64,000 nt of DNA from Tubiluchus corallicola (taxonomy: Eukaryota; Animalia; Priapulida): assembly GCA_030141605.1 (NCBI GenBank), contig JAQGDQ010000026.1:558001-622000 (forward strand), written 5' to 3'. The notes below the pieces were generated by a model. That model was not told the origin of the DNA. It did not search any database and was given only the letters and a program-made list of their open reading frames with translations. The position numbers and the translations under genes were made by a program. Positions 51,184-64,000 of this stretch are shown here, one piece after another (within the stretch, counting starts at the first letter, position 1; every line of letters begins with the position of its first letter).

Positions 51184-52008
51184 TCAACTAGTTCTTATTT
51201 CAGGGTAAATAATACCTCTATGGGATGAACAAATACCAGGACCACTTTTACTCATAAAAACCGCATCAGCTTTATTATACAAATTTGCATTCAGTCTAGC
51301 GCGGTTCTGAGACCTTGTCGAAGTGTCAGAACCAATTCCAAAATTTTCCATCAATGCAATTCTAGACTGTGGACACATAGTAAACTTTAATCCTTTGTGA
51401 AAACATACCTGTATGGAGTACAAGTAATCAAATGCATTGCTGTCATCTAGAACACAAAGTACAACAGCATTAGTACCATACACTTCTTCAAGAGCATCAT
51501 TTATATCTTTTAAGCTATAGGTAATCTTGGTTGTATCTGTAGGTAGTATTTTACTAGCTGCAAGTGTTTTCTCAATCTGCAAATCAGAGTTCAGTTTAAG
51601 ACCTGCAGAAAAATAGTTTAATTCTCCTCTTAGGGAAGGCTCCGATGCTGCACATGTACCATGCTTGTCCCACTCGTGTTTCCAAAGAGAATCTACAGCA
51701 AGCTTGCTTAAATAGTTAGGCCAGTATATCTCCAAGTCCTCACGTATTGGGTCAAGTTTGCTAACGTCAAATGACCATGACTTGTTGCAATAAGTTGGCA
51801 ATTCTGTCCCAGTTATAGTTGGCCATAAACCATGAACAGTCCATGTATGTGTTTTCTTAGGAAAACTGCACGAATGGCCAGTAATGTTGTTTAAAATACA
51901 AACAGTTTGAGGCCAAAATTCAGCATACACAAGATAGTCCCAATTCACTCCATCAGCAATGTGTTGAACCAGAAGAAGGAGTACAACAAGAATGCTCAGG
52001 TTTTTCAT
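51184..52008 (-). CDS. RNASET2: Ribonuclease T2, intronless CDS, 274 aa
   Basis: Signal peptide; WDYLVYAEFWPQTVC; CAS I WTVHGLWP; CAS II LWKHEWDKHGTCA with both catalytic His; a splice acceptor (TTTTCTTCATATAG) 18 nt before the ATG. Confidence 0.95.
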   Translation of the reverse strand: MKNLSILVVLLLLVQHIADGVNWDYLVYAEFWPQTVCILNNITGHSCSFPKKTHTWTVHGLWPTITGTELPTYCNKSWSFDVSKLDPIREDLEIYWPNYLSKLAVDSLWKHEWDKHGTCAASEPSLRGELNYFSAGLKLNSDLQIEKTLAASKILPTDTTKITYSLKDINDALEEVYGTNAVVLCVLDDSNAFDYLYSIQVCFHKGLKFTMCPQSRIALMENFGIGSDTSTRSQNRARLNANLYNKADAVFMSKSGPGICSSHRGIIYPEIRTS

Positions 52009-53001
52009 GTTGGTCAGACCACTAAGCTATATGAAGAAAAAATTTGATCTAGCATACATGCACAATCGAAGTTTACTATGAACACTAGAAGAAAATGTAA
52101 TTAATGCACACTGAATGTAAAAATCAGGAATTGGAAAACAAATTTTCAAAGTGTTAGTTTCAAATTTGTTATGTATAATGTACCATCCGAGAGAGGTTAT
52201 AATTCAATGAAAAGTTAACTATCTTGTGTCCGCAAGGTCAAGTTCATCATAAGAAAATGGTATAATTGAAATTGTGCCAAATAAACATCAAAGTAAATAG
52301 ACTAATCCCAAGTCACAATGGATATTAAAGCCCACCGAAAGTTATCATTCGGCAGTATATTTTGCAAAAATATTTGCAAAATCCAGGATGGCAAAATTCA
52401 GCAGTATAGTCGCAAGATATAGGTAACCTACTCAAGACCTGTCTAAAACATTCAACATGTCTGGAAATATTTGAAGTTGTCCAATTAAAAGTAACTGTAA
52501 GTAAATGCCAAATAAATACCAGGAAAAATGTACATACCTCGGGTGGCGTGCACCCAAGATAATAGTCAAACTTAAAAGTCAAAAATACGACAAAAGGAGC
52601 GGTTGTTAGTGGTGTGGATCATAAACACAAAATAACGCATATTTTTATTACATTATTCGTCTTATCTGATTAAAGTTCAGAATTAAAAATGCTCATTAGT
52701 CTATTGTTTGCTAACCAAAATAAATTCAACTTATAGGGTCCAAGGCGCCACCAACCACTTGGTACACGAAAATTAAAGCTTTTTGATAGTCTAATCATGA
52801 TAACACTGAAGCATTTCCAGAAAATCATTAAACTGCATCGGAAATCCCCAACATAATGCAAGATTTGCAGCTAAACAGAATTTGTAAAAGGCAGATTTCA
52901 TTCAGAAAAGAAACGAAAATTTTTAATTTATGAAGAAGCAGGATTGTGAATTAGCATCTTCGTAGTTTTTCCCTCGGTCTTCTTACCAGAATATTGTTTA
53001 C

Positions 53002-53046
53002 CTGAAAACTACAGCCTTGACTGAATACGTTACCATCCCAGATTGG
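53002..53046 (-). promoter_or_regulatory. Candidate TSS / short non-coding first exon for RNase T2 (and possibly SelL)
   Basis: CCAAT on the minus strand at ~53046-53042, Inr-like TTCAGTC at 53025-53019, donor CAG|GTAAAC at 53002/53001 and a second donor CTG|GTAAGA ~15 nt further. Motif-level evidence only. Confidence 0.4.
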
Positions 53047-53399
53047 CCGCTGGCCTTGTTTGGGATGATTTGTATAAAAAAAGTTCTATATCTAAAGTTA
53101 TCCAAAAAATTACTACAAGTTTACAAGTACTTATGTTTTGCTAACTAAACTTGCTAATTAACAGATATTACTATAATGAATACTTTTAAAAAATTTCTTA
53201 ACTTATTAAAGTATCAATGATAAATTATACAATGTGTTAATTAGTGATGTATGATAATGCTAAACATTTTGAAGCGCCAAAAAGTTAAGTGACAAAGGCT
53301 ACTTGCAATTCAGGTTGTCCCAGTGGACAATATATGAATTGTACGAGCACATGGCATAATTACATTAAACTACTTTTGCGAAAGAGGTGAAAACAAGCT

Positions 53400-54890
53400 A
53401 TGATTTCTTTACCAAGATCCAAAGGAAATTGGTAGTAAATTGATATAAAAGAGACAGGCAAAGCTGACTCAAATGATTATCCGACGTGCTAAACAATACC
53501 TTGAAGCCAAGCTAGCCTTAAATATTAAAGACAACGTGCGGTCATTCTGGTGATACATTAATGTAAACAGAATTATTCATCCAACGGTCAAGTGCACTTA
53601 GTACTTCTTCTAATGAAACAGCATCTGATCATGCAAGAATGGGAGAAATTCTAAATACTCAGTTCCAGAGTGCTATCACAATCGAGAATTTCACTGACCT
53701 TCCTCGGGTACCTAGAATGGTGAATGGAGTTCTGTGCAATGACACTATAACTCAGCATGATATACATGCACAAACTGTTACATATGGACAAAGTCCTCAT
53801 GCACATACAGGATCAAATTTAATTCATCCAAAGATACTGGTTTGAGCCAGCCGCTGATTCACTGGTGAACCAACTGACAACTATTTTAGTAAGTTGTTAA
53901 CTATTGCTTGTATACCCAGTAAGATGAGGCTGTCTCGTATTAGTCCGATATATAAGAGGGAACTCAAGAATAATTCTGTGAAACATAGGCCTGCGGCGAT
54001 TACCTGTACAGTCGGTAAACAGGCTGTCAACATAATGCTTACGTATTTATAATCGAACAATTATTTAAGCAGTTCCCAACATGGGTTTCTCAAGAAGAGG
54101 TCAAGAAGTAGTAATGTACTTGAGTTTTTTAAACATGTATATCTTCTCCACATTGGAAAGTGGCAGTCCTCTTGACTTAGTATATTTAGACTTAGCGAAA
54201 GCATTCGACAAAGTCCCACACAGAAGATTATTACTTAAATTTGAGAAAGTATGGCATTTGTGGGCAACTGCCTGGATACAGGTATGGCTAAGTGACAAAG
54301 TCCAATATGTCGAAGTTGAGGGTTTCACATCGTCAATTGTACCAGTTCTATCCACCACAAGGCAGTGTCCTAAGACCTTTGTTGACATTGACAGCATAGA
54401 TGATAAAGTTGTTAGCTGGCTATTTAAGTTTGCTTTGAATTAAATCTCTGCTTGAGCCCATAGATAGCAGATGAAGATTAGCACACAAGATGGATAAATG
54501 CAAGGTAATTCATGTAGGGAAATCTACCAATCCTGAAAAGAAGATCTTAGATTGCTAGTAGACTGTAACTTAAATTTTCGTAGTCATAATTCTAAGACTA
54601 TTAAGAGTAACAGATTCCTTGGGTTAACTAGAACTATCACTTCCAGAACAGCAGACACTCCTTTCACTGTACATAACACTTGTTCGTCCACATCTTGAGT
54701 ATGTCAGTCAAGTATGAGCTGTTAACACGATCATAGGTCTTAAAGGACTAACATGTTAAAAGAAACTGGAAAAAACTAGATCTGTATCGGCTTTCTACTA
54801 GAAGTAGGGGAAGACTTACTGAAATGTTCAAGATATTAAGGGGGTTTACTGTGATGACACAAACCAGTTTTTGATACTCAATAGAAGCAT
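53400..54890 (+). mobile_element. Decayed CR1/L2-like LINE reverse-transcriptase fragment
   Basis: DLVYLDLAKAFDKVPHRRLL, WIQVWLSDKVQYV and VRPHLEY remnants with stops and frameshifts; boundaries approximate. Confidence 0.85.
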
Positions 54891-54899
54891 GAACACTGT

Positions 54900-55500
54900 G
54901 CTAAATTTGTGGGTAGATTACCATGTAAAATCGAATGTTTGGATGACAGCTCATTCAATGAATGGTCAGTGAAATGGGATGCGAGTTTAAAGCGAAACAT
55001 CATTTTACTAGTAGACAGTTGCATTACCCATGTAGTCAACTCATCATTAAAACACATTAAAGTTGTGTTTTTACCAGTCCGTTAGTTAGATGCAGCTTCA
55101 ATGTTAAGTGCAACTGACCTGGATAAAAACAGCCTTCTCAATGCACTGCACTTATTGGCTATGTCCTGAAGTAATGCTAGTGAACACGCGATTCAGAACT
55201 GCTTTACTCACATGAATAAAACTGACAATGAAATTCTTACGTTGCAAGACAGACGCCTAACTTCACCATCTGACATGACCAGCAACAAGCTTAGACGAAA
55301 CTACAGATGAAGCACTTGCGAAGAAACACGGGCAGTGCCAAATGCAATTCAAGTACGCCAAGAACTAACTATTTTACGAGAATTTGTGTGGGAATGCGAG
55401 AATAAAACAACAGATTTTTAGTGTTTTATCAGTAAGAGAACTTTTATGACCCAACATCTCTGGAAAAAAAAACCCGAAACAGCCAACCTTGGACGTATTT
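54900..55500 (+). mobile_element. Tigger/pogo DDE transposase relic
   Basis: WMT..FNEWSVKWDASLKRNIILLVDSCITH..LKHIKVVFLP reads as a degenerate DDE_1 core; frame broken; boundaries approximate. Confidence 0.75.
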
Positions 55501-55937
55501 TTATAAATTTACAAATTTGTGTGTTTTAGAAAGGCAAACTTTTTTTAGTTTCTTTTTTAATTACCTCACTTTACAAATTAATACTTTTAAATAACTGCAT
55601 AGGAATTAAGGCATTACTTTGTTTCCAAAACTCATTAAAAAATTACCGTAGATCAACAGGACGAAGCCTATAAGTAGGCTTTTTGCACATAGTTGTCTCT
55701 CTTCTTAAACTTCTGTTAATTGTTTTATCACACATATCTCTCGCGCGTCATATATTTATGTAATCTCTAAGTTGTCTCTCAAGTGGAAGTGCCACCTAGC
55801 AGCAGATGTCATGGTATGGTGAGGAAGCAAGGTCAGTGGTGGCAAACGGGTCAGATGTGTTGGTTTATGATAACCTGAAATAGTGTTGCAAATTAGAAAC
55901 CTTTGCACTGCATACTAAGCTGATGATTTATACTATA

Positions 55938-56871
55938 CAGTAGTCGCCGCTTAATAGACTCACTTTGGGACCGACGTGTTTTCACCCAATTAACCGATTT
56001 AACCTATTAACCAATGGGTATAGTATTACTGCTATAGAAGTATGAGTCATCAGCTTACTATGCACTGCAAAGGCTTTTAATCAATTTTAGAAATGAAGTA
56101 ATGCCTAAATTCCTTTGTGTAGTTAAAAATTAGAAAAAAATATTTTAAAATATTAATTTATATAAGTGAATTAACAATAAATGAAAAAGTATACTGTTCT
56201 CAATCACACAAGTCTTGTTTATTTGTAAAAATTACAAAAATTCCTTCAAAGTTGGCTGCTTCACTTTCTTGCTCAGAAGTTGGTCCACAAAGTTCTCGTA
56301 ATTGGAAAATCTGTTGTTGTGCATGACTAAAATAGTTCTGAATCGCCAATCTGGTTCACTCACATTCCTCTTATTTGCTGTACGATGTTTACACTTGTAA
56401 GTCACAAGGAATACCGGCTGATTATACTGTACCTGCATCTTTGACTGTTAATTCATTAAGCCTGAAAGTGTGATTTGCAACTAGACCATCAAAAAGAAAC
56501 CGCTAGGCAAGTTTAGCTTCCAGAAATTCTTTGGGTAACGAGGTTAATTGTAGTGGGCGAGCGGGTAACAGATTCAACGCAAAACCGCTACGCTAGCCTA
56601 TTAGCGCATGAAAAACGTACCTGTTTACAAACAAAATGGTACTTAACATAATTGTTTCCTCATATATAATGCACGAAAGGGAAATATAGATGACATAAAA
56701 GTAGGAAGGGCTGTTTGGGCACATACAAATGTCTTATTTTAAGTACGTGAAGGAAAAATATTGAGTCAATTAAGCGAAGTTATTTGAGTCAAGTACCGAT
56801 AGTTTTTATGTATATTTGAATAAAAGAGGCCCGTTCCAGGCGTTTTTGAGTCAATTAAGCGACGACTACTG
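55938..56871. mobile_element. Non-autonomous Tigger-like element, 934 bp
   Basis: TIR CAGTAGTCGCCGCTTAATAGACTC vs CAGTAGTCGTCGCTTAATTGACTC (22/24), TA flanks, and a minus-strand remnant ending KKVKQPTLKEFL typical of Tigger C-termini. Confidence 0.85.
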
Positions 56872-57255
56872 TATTACTAATAATACAGCCTGTCGGTTAA
56901 CTGGGTCAAAACACGTCCGTTCCAAAGAGAGTCTATTACTATTGCAATAACTTTTATATTACCTAGGTGATGAAAATAAGAATGCAAGCGTAATTATTTT
57001 AGTAACCTTTAACTAAAATACGAAATTAATTGATTTACCTAACCTGTTTAAACCAAAAATTCGCGTTTAAACGCAGAACTTTCAGCAAAACACTAACAAC
57101 AGGGATTGTAAAGGGCGCGCCACTAACTGATCTATGATCGCATTTCGATCAGCTTGGTGGCTCCCCCTGATGTGCATTACCTGGTGATGTCGGTCGTTTC
57201 TCTTCAGTAGACTTTTAGAAAATATTAGATTTAGTTAGCTATCGGAATTTAAGAA

Positions 57256-60200
57256 ATGGCATCAGACGTTGTTATTACAGAGGATGGGTTTTGGTGTGTT
57301 GGAGTTGAAAGTTGTACACTAATACATCATCACTCTTTGAATGTGCTGCTCATTTTAACGAATGATAACAAGATTCATGTGATTGATGCAAATTCTGGAT
57401 GCGTACTCCAAAAGGCTTCCGTAGATACACATATGATATCATCTGGCCCAGCCAATGATATTAGTAAGTAACTTAAATTTTACTAACAATTAACTTGGGA
57501 CGATCGCTGCAGTTTACTGCAATGTGAATCCTTTTCAACGTTGAATATAATTATAAATATAATTAAGTGTAACCACAGCGCCGCCAATGGCCAGTAATAT
57601 GCAAATTTCAGCTATTTTGTCTTAATAATATGTAAGGTTACGGTAAACTACAAACTGCCTAACTTTTTAAACTCAAGTTCTGCAAGTGTGCTAGCATATA
57701 AAAATGCTTTCAACGAACTGCAACAGTGCTTGTTTAAAGAACTCAACATTGGGGACATTAACAATATCACTGCCTAGATTGTTCCATTTTTGCCCAACAA
57801 CGGTTGGAGAAAAAGTACTTCCTCATATTTGTGTGTGAATATCTGACATGTAGTCTTTGCACATGACTATGCAACTCTCTATAAGTATTTTCATAGAAAT
57901 CATTTAGATCCAAGACTGTGTTCTCATTCGTTATCTTTAACACATTGGCAAGATCAATTGCGTCAAATCTCTCCTCTAAGGTAGATATATTATAAAGATC
58001 CAGATCGCTACCAAGACGTAGACATCTTCGTTAAATCTTTTTCAACTGTTCTTTAAAAGATACGTATTGCAGTGCCCAAACAACATCTGCATGCTCCAGT
58101 AGGGGCCTGATTGGAGCCTAATAAATCGGTACAATAACTGATTACTCACGACGTACAATTGATCTTCTAATGATGCCATTTCTTTGGTTAGCAGTCTTTA
58201 TAGTATGAGCAATACGATCATTAAATTTCAGTGAGTCATATGTAAACCCCCAGATCTCAGACCGTATTAACTTGACGTATCATACCATTACGTAAAGTGT
58301 AAGAAGTATCAACATTGGCTTATCTACTCCAAAGCCTGAGTAAAGCACACTTAACATGTTTCGACTGAAGCAGCCACTGATCAGACCAAGATTCCATGCT
58401 GTCAAGATCTATCTGTAACATATCAGAAAAAAATTGTGACTTGATTGTCCTGTATAATTTAACGTCATCAACAAACATGCTAATAGATGAACTAACATAC
58501 TCCGTCAGATCAGTTATGTATAGTATAAAGCAATAGGGACCGCTAAGTGTTTCCTGTGGAATAAAGTAGTTTTAAAATGGTGTTGTCTTTTATGAGCCAT
58601 AGTGACCAATAGTGTACATCGTTACATGTAATACTAATAGACAGAACTCATGCTTGAGGATGTTATATATCTGAATGAAGCTGAGTCACCTGTGCCTTTC
58701 AGTGGCTTATTTTCAAAGGTTGTCCTTAATAATGTGCCAGGATCCGGTCATGCCACAAACATCGCCTTGAATATGCCCTGCCAATAAATTCTGTTGTGGC
58801 TTGTACTGCACTAAAGTGTATAAAAACATTATCCATGCAGATTAGCACATAGCAAAGTAGATTGGAATTGATGTCTGACCTAACCTTAGATTTAGATTTA
58901 GTTGGACATTGGCTAACTGACCTTTTTTATTAATTAAAGTGAGTTAGATTACATTGCATATTAGTTTATTAATTGTACCATGTTGTTTAAATTTGGTATG
59001 CTGTCAAAGTTTTTACAAAACTAATAGTGACACCATCTGTAAAGGTGGTTATAATGCTAAACTAGTAGTATCTTTTTTGCACTACAGCGCCAATTGTAAA
59101 CAAATTGGGCAATAATCAGAGAAGGACGACTGCAATAAGTGACAGTCTGCTTTTTTAACTGTTTTTAACTGCTAGTAACCAATTTTGTGGCACAGCAAAT
59201 GATTGATGAAATGCACAACTTTTGTTATAGAGTGTAACTCAAAACCTGTGCTTTACCTCATATAATTCTTGTTTTTTGTGTTAATAGATGCTTCTTGTAA
59301 ATGCCTGTACGTGCCATCACATGACAAAGTGTTGATCTGCGATCAGAATAGGATAGGTCTGAGAAAGGATTTGAATGGAGTTCTATTGCTCGACTCCATA
59401 CTTCAACTTCCTGTCTTGTCAGCCGATGATAAAGTAAAGGTTGAATTGCCACTATCGGAGGTAAATTTAAATTACCCAGTAATACATTAATATTATGGTA
59501 TATTCCTCCATTAAGGAAAACAATGAAAATTTTCAGTGTGTAAACTAAAGAAAGATTGGTCATCTGCATTGATCATGAGCATTATGACCTTGAATTTGGC
59601 ATACTTTTTTGTCAGTTTCTGTATTCTTTCATTAAGTGCATTGCAATTTCACATTTCATCAGCAGCTGTATTTTCACTGAATATTATGAAAGTATTAAAC
59701 TATTTTTTACATGTAGGCTACACAGCTCTACCATGGTCTTCTTGACGCGGAGTTGTCCGGAGTTGACGATCATTATGAAGAAGTCGTTAAGGCGCTTGTT
59801 AAAAACATTAAACCCGTCAACAATGCAGCAAAAGACAATCATAAATTAACAAAGGTGTGTACTATTTTCCTTTTCTTTGTAGTTCATGTGGCAACTTTAA
59901 TAGGTACGAATAAAACAGTATAGTATATACCTGTACTTTAGACCTCGTATTTTTCATGTGATTTGACAAAATATTAGTGAAAATTCTTGTACAAGCATTT
60001 TATGTCACTTATTTCACTTTTGAGAAAATCGACCTTAAAGACATCAAGTAAATTCAAAAGCCAGTGGACATTTTAACTGATTTTAATCGGGCAATTCTAA
60101 AGGAAAATTTATCTGCAATTGTAGTGAAAACATTACATTTATATGTTTCTCATTTTGTCTGACAATAGATCATTAATATTCTATTATATAAACTGTGGCA

Positions 60201-63200
60201 TTAGTGTCAAACACACACAAATTGAAAACACCAAGTTGGTACTTCTTGTAAATATCAAATAACGCATGGTCAAAACTTGAACTAAGTTTGCATAATTCAT
60301 TATGCTAACTAAATGTAAAGTAAACGTAACTGTAATCCCTTTGCTATGAAATTTAAATATTTATTGAAATGAATGATAATGTATAATGGTGACTAAGCAG
60401 TATTAGGTGCTTGTGCGAATTGTGAATAGAAAAGATACTAGTAGCAGTGAGACGAAAATCACATTCTTTTATATACTTTTCCTAAACTGTTCTAACAATA
60501 TTGGCAAATCACACGCTAACATAATAACTTAGTCTCTCTGATGACTGAATCCATCCTCTCTGGATGTGCCATGAAATGATTATTATGCTAAAACTTTAAT
60601 CTGCACTTACATAGATGTTTTAATAAATATCAGTTGACAATCACGCAGCTGTGGTTAGTAAAATCTCAGTATGAAATACATTATCACGAAATTTCGGCGA
60701 TGAATAACTTGGCAAATGGCTCATTTTTCTTCACATGCCCCAAAGACCTATAGTAAATGTTGTTGTTTTTTTCAAATAATATAAGTCTTATAAAGTTCGT
60801 GGTCGGAGCATGATGAGAGGTTCGGGAACATGTTCGATGTTTAAGAAAAGTTTGGGATCAAGGTTTGGGGATTAGGTTCATGGCTACCATGATCATGAAC
60901 ACACCTATAGATACATAATACTGCATACTTGTTACAGTGGTCGGTTGTTTGCTTGGAGCTTCCGTTGTTTTCTCTGCGTTCTGTCTGCACAAGCCTTATT
61001 CAAGAAATGAAGAGGGTTAACAAATTTGCTCCTTGTGTGCCAGCAGCATCAGCTATTTGTGAAAGATTGGCCATGTTATTACCGTCAAATTCATCAGATG
61101 TTATGGATAGAAAGCTCATGCATTCGGAAGCAACGCGGCGGGAAACTTTCAGGAATTGGCCACATATGGACTACAAGTAATAGATATGTTAAACTTGCAG
61201 TTTGCTTTACAGTTTAGCATAAAGATTTTGTTACTTAAGATTTATATGGTAGTATTTTTGCACTCGTTGTTATTAGCTTATTATATTATATGCAGGCATT
61301 TGTTATAGAGTTTTTTGGAAGTATACAATGTATGTATATAATATAACTGGCAAGGAAAGCTTACTAAAGAATTAACACTTGTTGCAGTTCATGTTTTTAT
61401 TGCAGATGGGCATTACCAGCACCAATGGCGCAAGCAGGGTTTTATTATGCCCCAAACAATCCTGGTGACGATCGTGCAATGTGCTTTACCTGTAATGTTT
61501 GTCTGATTTGCTGGGAACCAACGGATGAACCGTGGTCAGAACATGAGAGGCATTCACCAACTTGTCCATTTGTAAAGGGAGAGTACACGCAGAATGTCCC
61601 ACTTTCAGGTTGACTTATAACACTAACATTCTGTGTTATTAAAGTGGCTGTAACATAATATTAGCTGTTTTATAAATGAAATTTTATAATTCATACAAGC
61701 TTACTTGCAATTTAAAAAAATTCCACTAAGTTTTCAACTCTGAGGCCTTTTGTAGTTCATAATGACGGAATGCTGATTCAATAAAAAAATCTCATAGTAT
61801 TTCAGGTTGTTCTTATTCGGTTCATATAATATCAGCGATTGCTAACTGTTCTGAATAAAATACCATTTTTTGAGATATGCATCATGTTGAAATTGTATAA
61901 TCAGCTAAGAAGGATGCCTACTCGATTGCAAACTTACTTTCACAGTTCTTAATTTGTTCTGAATGCTTCCACTTAATGTATAATGTTGACAATTTTCGCT
62001 GTAGAATATCGACCACGAATATTGCATAAGAAACTGAGTTATGACAAAATCCAAGTAGAGTTCTTGACATGCTAAAAAATCTTCATCACAGTACCTCGTT
62101 TTGCCCGAGTCATGTTAAAAAATAAAGTGTGCTTAAATGCGCAAAACAAAATAGTGACGTTGAAGATGATAGTGCCGTATTTTTCAGTTACATATGCCAC
62201 AGCTCCTGCTCAGCCTTATTCAAGTGAACCTGAAGAGGTAATTAATGTTTGTATGGTCATAGATATGTAAATAATATGTAACATTGTCAATTTGACATTT
62301 GGTGAAAATTACTAAAAAATTGGGGTGTAATTTCTTGATTAGTTAGTGAGAAGTTTTTTGTCTTTTATTATTTAATTCTTACTTTTTTTGAAAAAGTGTC
62401 TTCTAAAGTACTACAACTTTGTTCTAACTGTACTGTTGTATATTGTAAAACCCTACTGTGTGTGATAGTAGAGAAGAATTATGGTGGTTTTTACTTCAGT
62501 TTGCTGCTCGTGTAAATATGCAATTAGGGCAATAACCAGAACACTATCAACTTAAACTCATGTTACAAAACTACATACAATCATCTTTTTCGGCCAGTGA
62601 TAATGTTACATTTCTTTGAAGTATTGTATGTCAGCACTTACGATGATTAGCAACATCTTGTATCACAACATTTACACTGATTAGTAAAATATCGTATGTC
62701 AGGAGTCATCTAAGATCACCTATCATAGTGTTCGTAATATCATTCACAACACATAATGTAGTACTGTGATGTTTTTAGTTTATGCATACCAGTACAAGCA
62801 GTCATGACGACATGGTTGCTACGGCAACAACATCTGGTCATGTCGTAGTCTGGGAGATCAGCGATCAATTACGGGTATTTATACTGCTTATTAATTTCAA
62901 TAATAATAGCTATAATAGCAAAATTTATGCAGTTTATGAATAAAATCTATAAAAAAATCTATGGAAAGGCACAACCTAACAATTTTGTATGAAAATATGT
63001 TTGTATGTATATTAACTGTTGTCTCATAATATAAGTTACGAGAGAAAGGTATTACATAAAAATATGCATTCTGCTGCTGAATCGCACAACTACATGTAGT
63101 AGTAGTTGTCTATATTGACGTAGTAAATAGTAGTAAATTGACTATAAAAAGAAAAAAATAGTGGTATTTTCTTGTTAGGGTATTACTGACATGAAAATGT

Positions 63201-63499
63201 GATCAAAGGAGCTCAAATCTATTCACAATATTCGTGTTAGCAGCAGCAGCAGTAGTAATTTAGATAATTGTAATTGTAAAATAAACAGCAGTCTTAGTAT
63301 ATTTCTTTACGCTAATGCTTTTATTGTTATTGTAAATGCAGAATAACTAAAATGTACCTTGTACATTATGCTTCTCCTGTGTTTTATGTCTATTTTCAAC
63401 TATACGTTCAAATGTTCACTTTCAGAAATATGCAGATTTTCAGTTAGAACTGCCTAAATGCCGGGTATCAGTTCAAGAAGAACAGACTGAGCAGACTTG
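57256..63499 (+). CDS. BIRC6: BIRC6/Bruce/Apollon giant IAP, 5' portion (continues beyond the last exon I can call)
   Basis: Exons 57256-57463, 59288-59460, 59717-59854, 60938-61176, 61406-61608, 62188-62237, 62779-62874 and 63426-63499 are phase-consistent. Motifs: LRKDLNGVLLLDSILQ, VELPLSEA, and the BIR domain MHSEATRRETFRNWPHMDYKWALP..MAQAGFY..DDRAMCFTCNVCLICWEPTDEPWSEHERHSPTCPFVKGE. Confidence 0.94.
57650..58565 (-). mobile_element. Decayed CR1-like LINE 3' fragment in BIRC6 intron 1
   Basis: Minus-strand remnants PQE..GP, MFVDDVKLY (YADD-type motif) and RPLLEHA; many stops; boundaries approximate. Confidence 0.75.
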
Positions 63500-64000
63500 G
63501 TATGTTATACACTTCAAGCAATATTTTTATTTCTGTGGTAACAATACTTTATTGTTAACTAGTAAAAATACCTCTAAAAGGTTAATTTGGTTTTACCATT
63601 TAAACTGATATGGCTTGCCATTTGCCTTCTGAACAATTACCAAAAATTTTAATTAGCCATAGGATGATATTAATTCCTATAGATAGTCATGGTTCTAGCG
63701 GGACAATAAATCGCAACTGCCAACTGTCATTACGAAAACTTTTGTTCTGATTAAGTGATTTTATCAAAAATCATTTTACTGTGACATTCCACTAAATGCT
63801 ACCTTTTTCATATTTATATGATCAACAAGTGTGCAATGCAATAGTCTATGAGGTCGTTTGCTTATTTTATCACTCATGTTTATCACGTTTTTAGTATTAC
63901 TTTGATGGATAGGCCCATTTCATGACTGGTATCTGTGTATGTTGAGTAATCTTTTGACAAGGGTAGCTGTATATTTTGGTTTTTGATTTCACCTAGTATA

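Noticed and set aside
63663-63750. Possible next BIRC6 exon
   Set aside because: The phase-compatible frame runs into a stop without a convincing donor or recognisable BIRC6 sequence, so it is left uncalled.

Overview
AT-rich, intron-containing animal (invertebrate-type) genomic DNA; there are no prokaryotic features. Manual splicing of both strands gives, in order: (1) ~11 kb without a recognisable gene; (2) a two-exon Tis11/ZFP36-family tandem-CCCH gene (-); (3) a five-exon thymidylate kinase DTYMK (-); (4) a ten-exon Selenoprotein L gene (-, ~25.7-48.2 kb) that the ORF track shows only as scattered exon fragments, with two in-frame UGA codons in a UxxU motif (LLRHFA-U-VP-U-RMH) and a canonical SECIS hairpin in its 3'UTR; (5) three tandem six-exon secreted astacin metalloproteases (+) nested antisense inside the 14.5-kb intron 6 of SelL; (6) an RNase T2 with an intronless CDS just upstream of SelL on the same strand, possibly sharing its first exon; (7) a TE-filled spacer; (8) the 5' part of BIRC6/Bruce (+), which runs off the window. 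hAT, pogo/Tigger and Tc1 MITEs, Helentron-like repeats, CR1-like LINE relics and (GA)n microsatellites fill the introns. The main find is the dual-selenocysteine SelL locus with its nested protease cluster. All gene models were hand-derived from splice signals and reading frame, and family names come from motif recognition, not from database searches.
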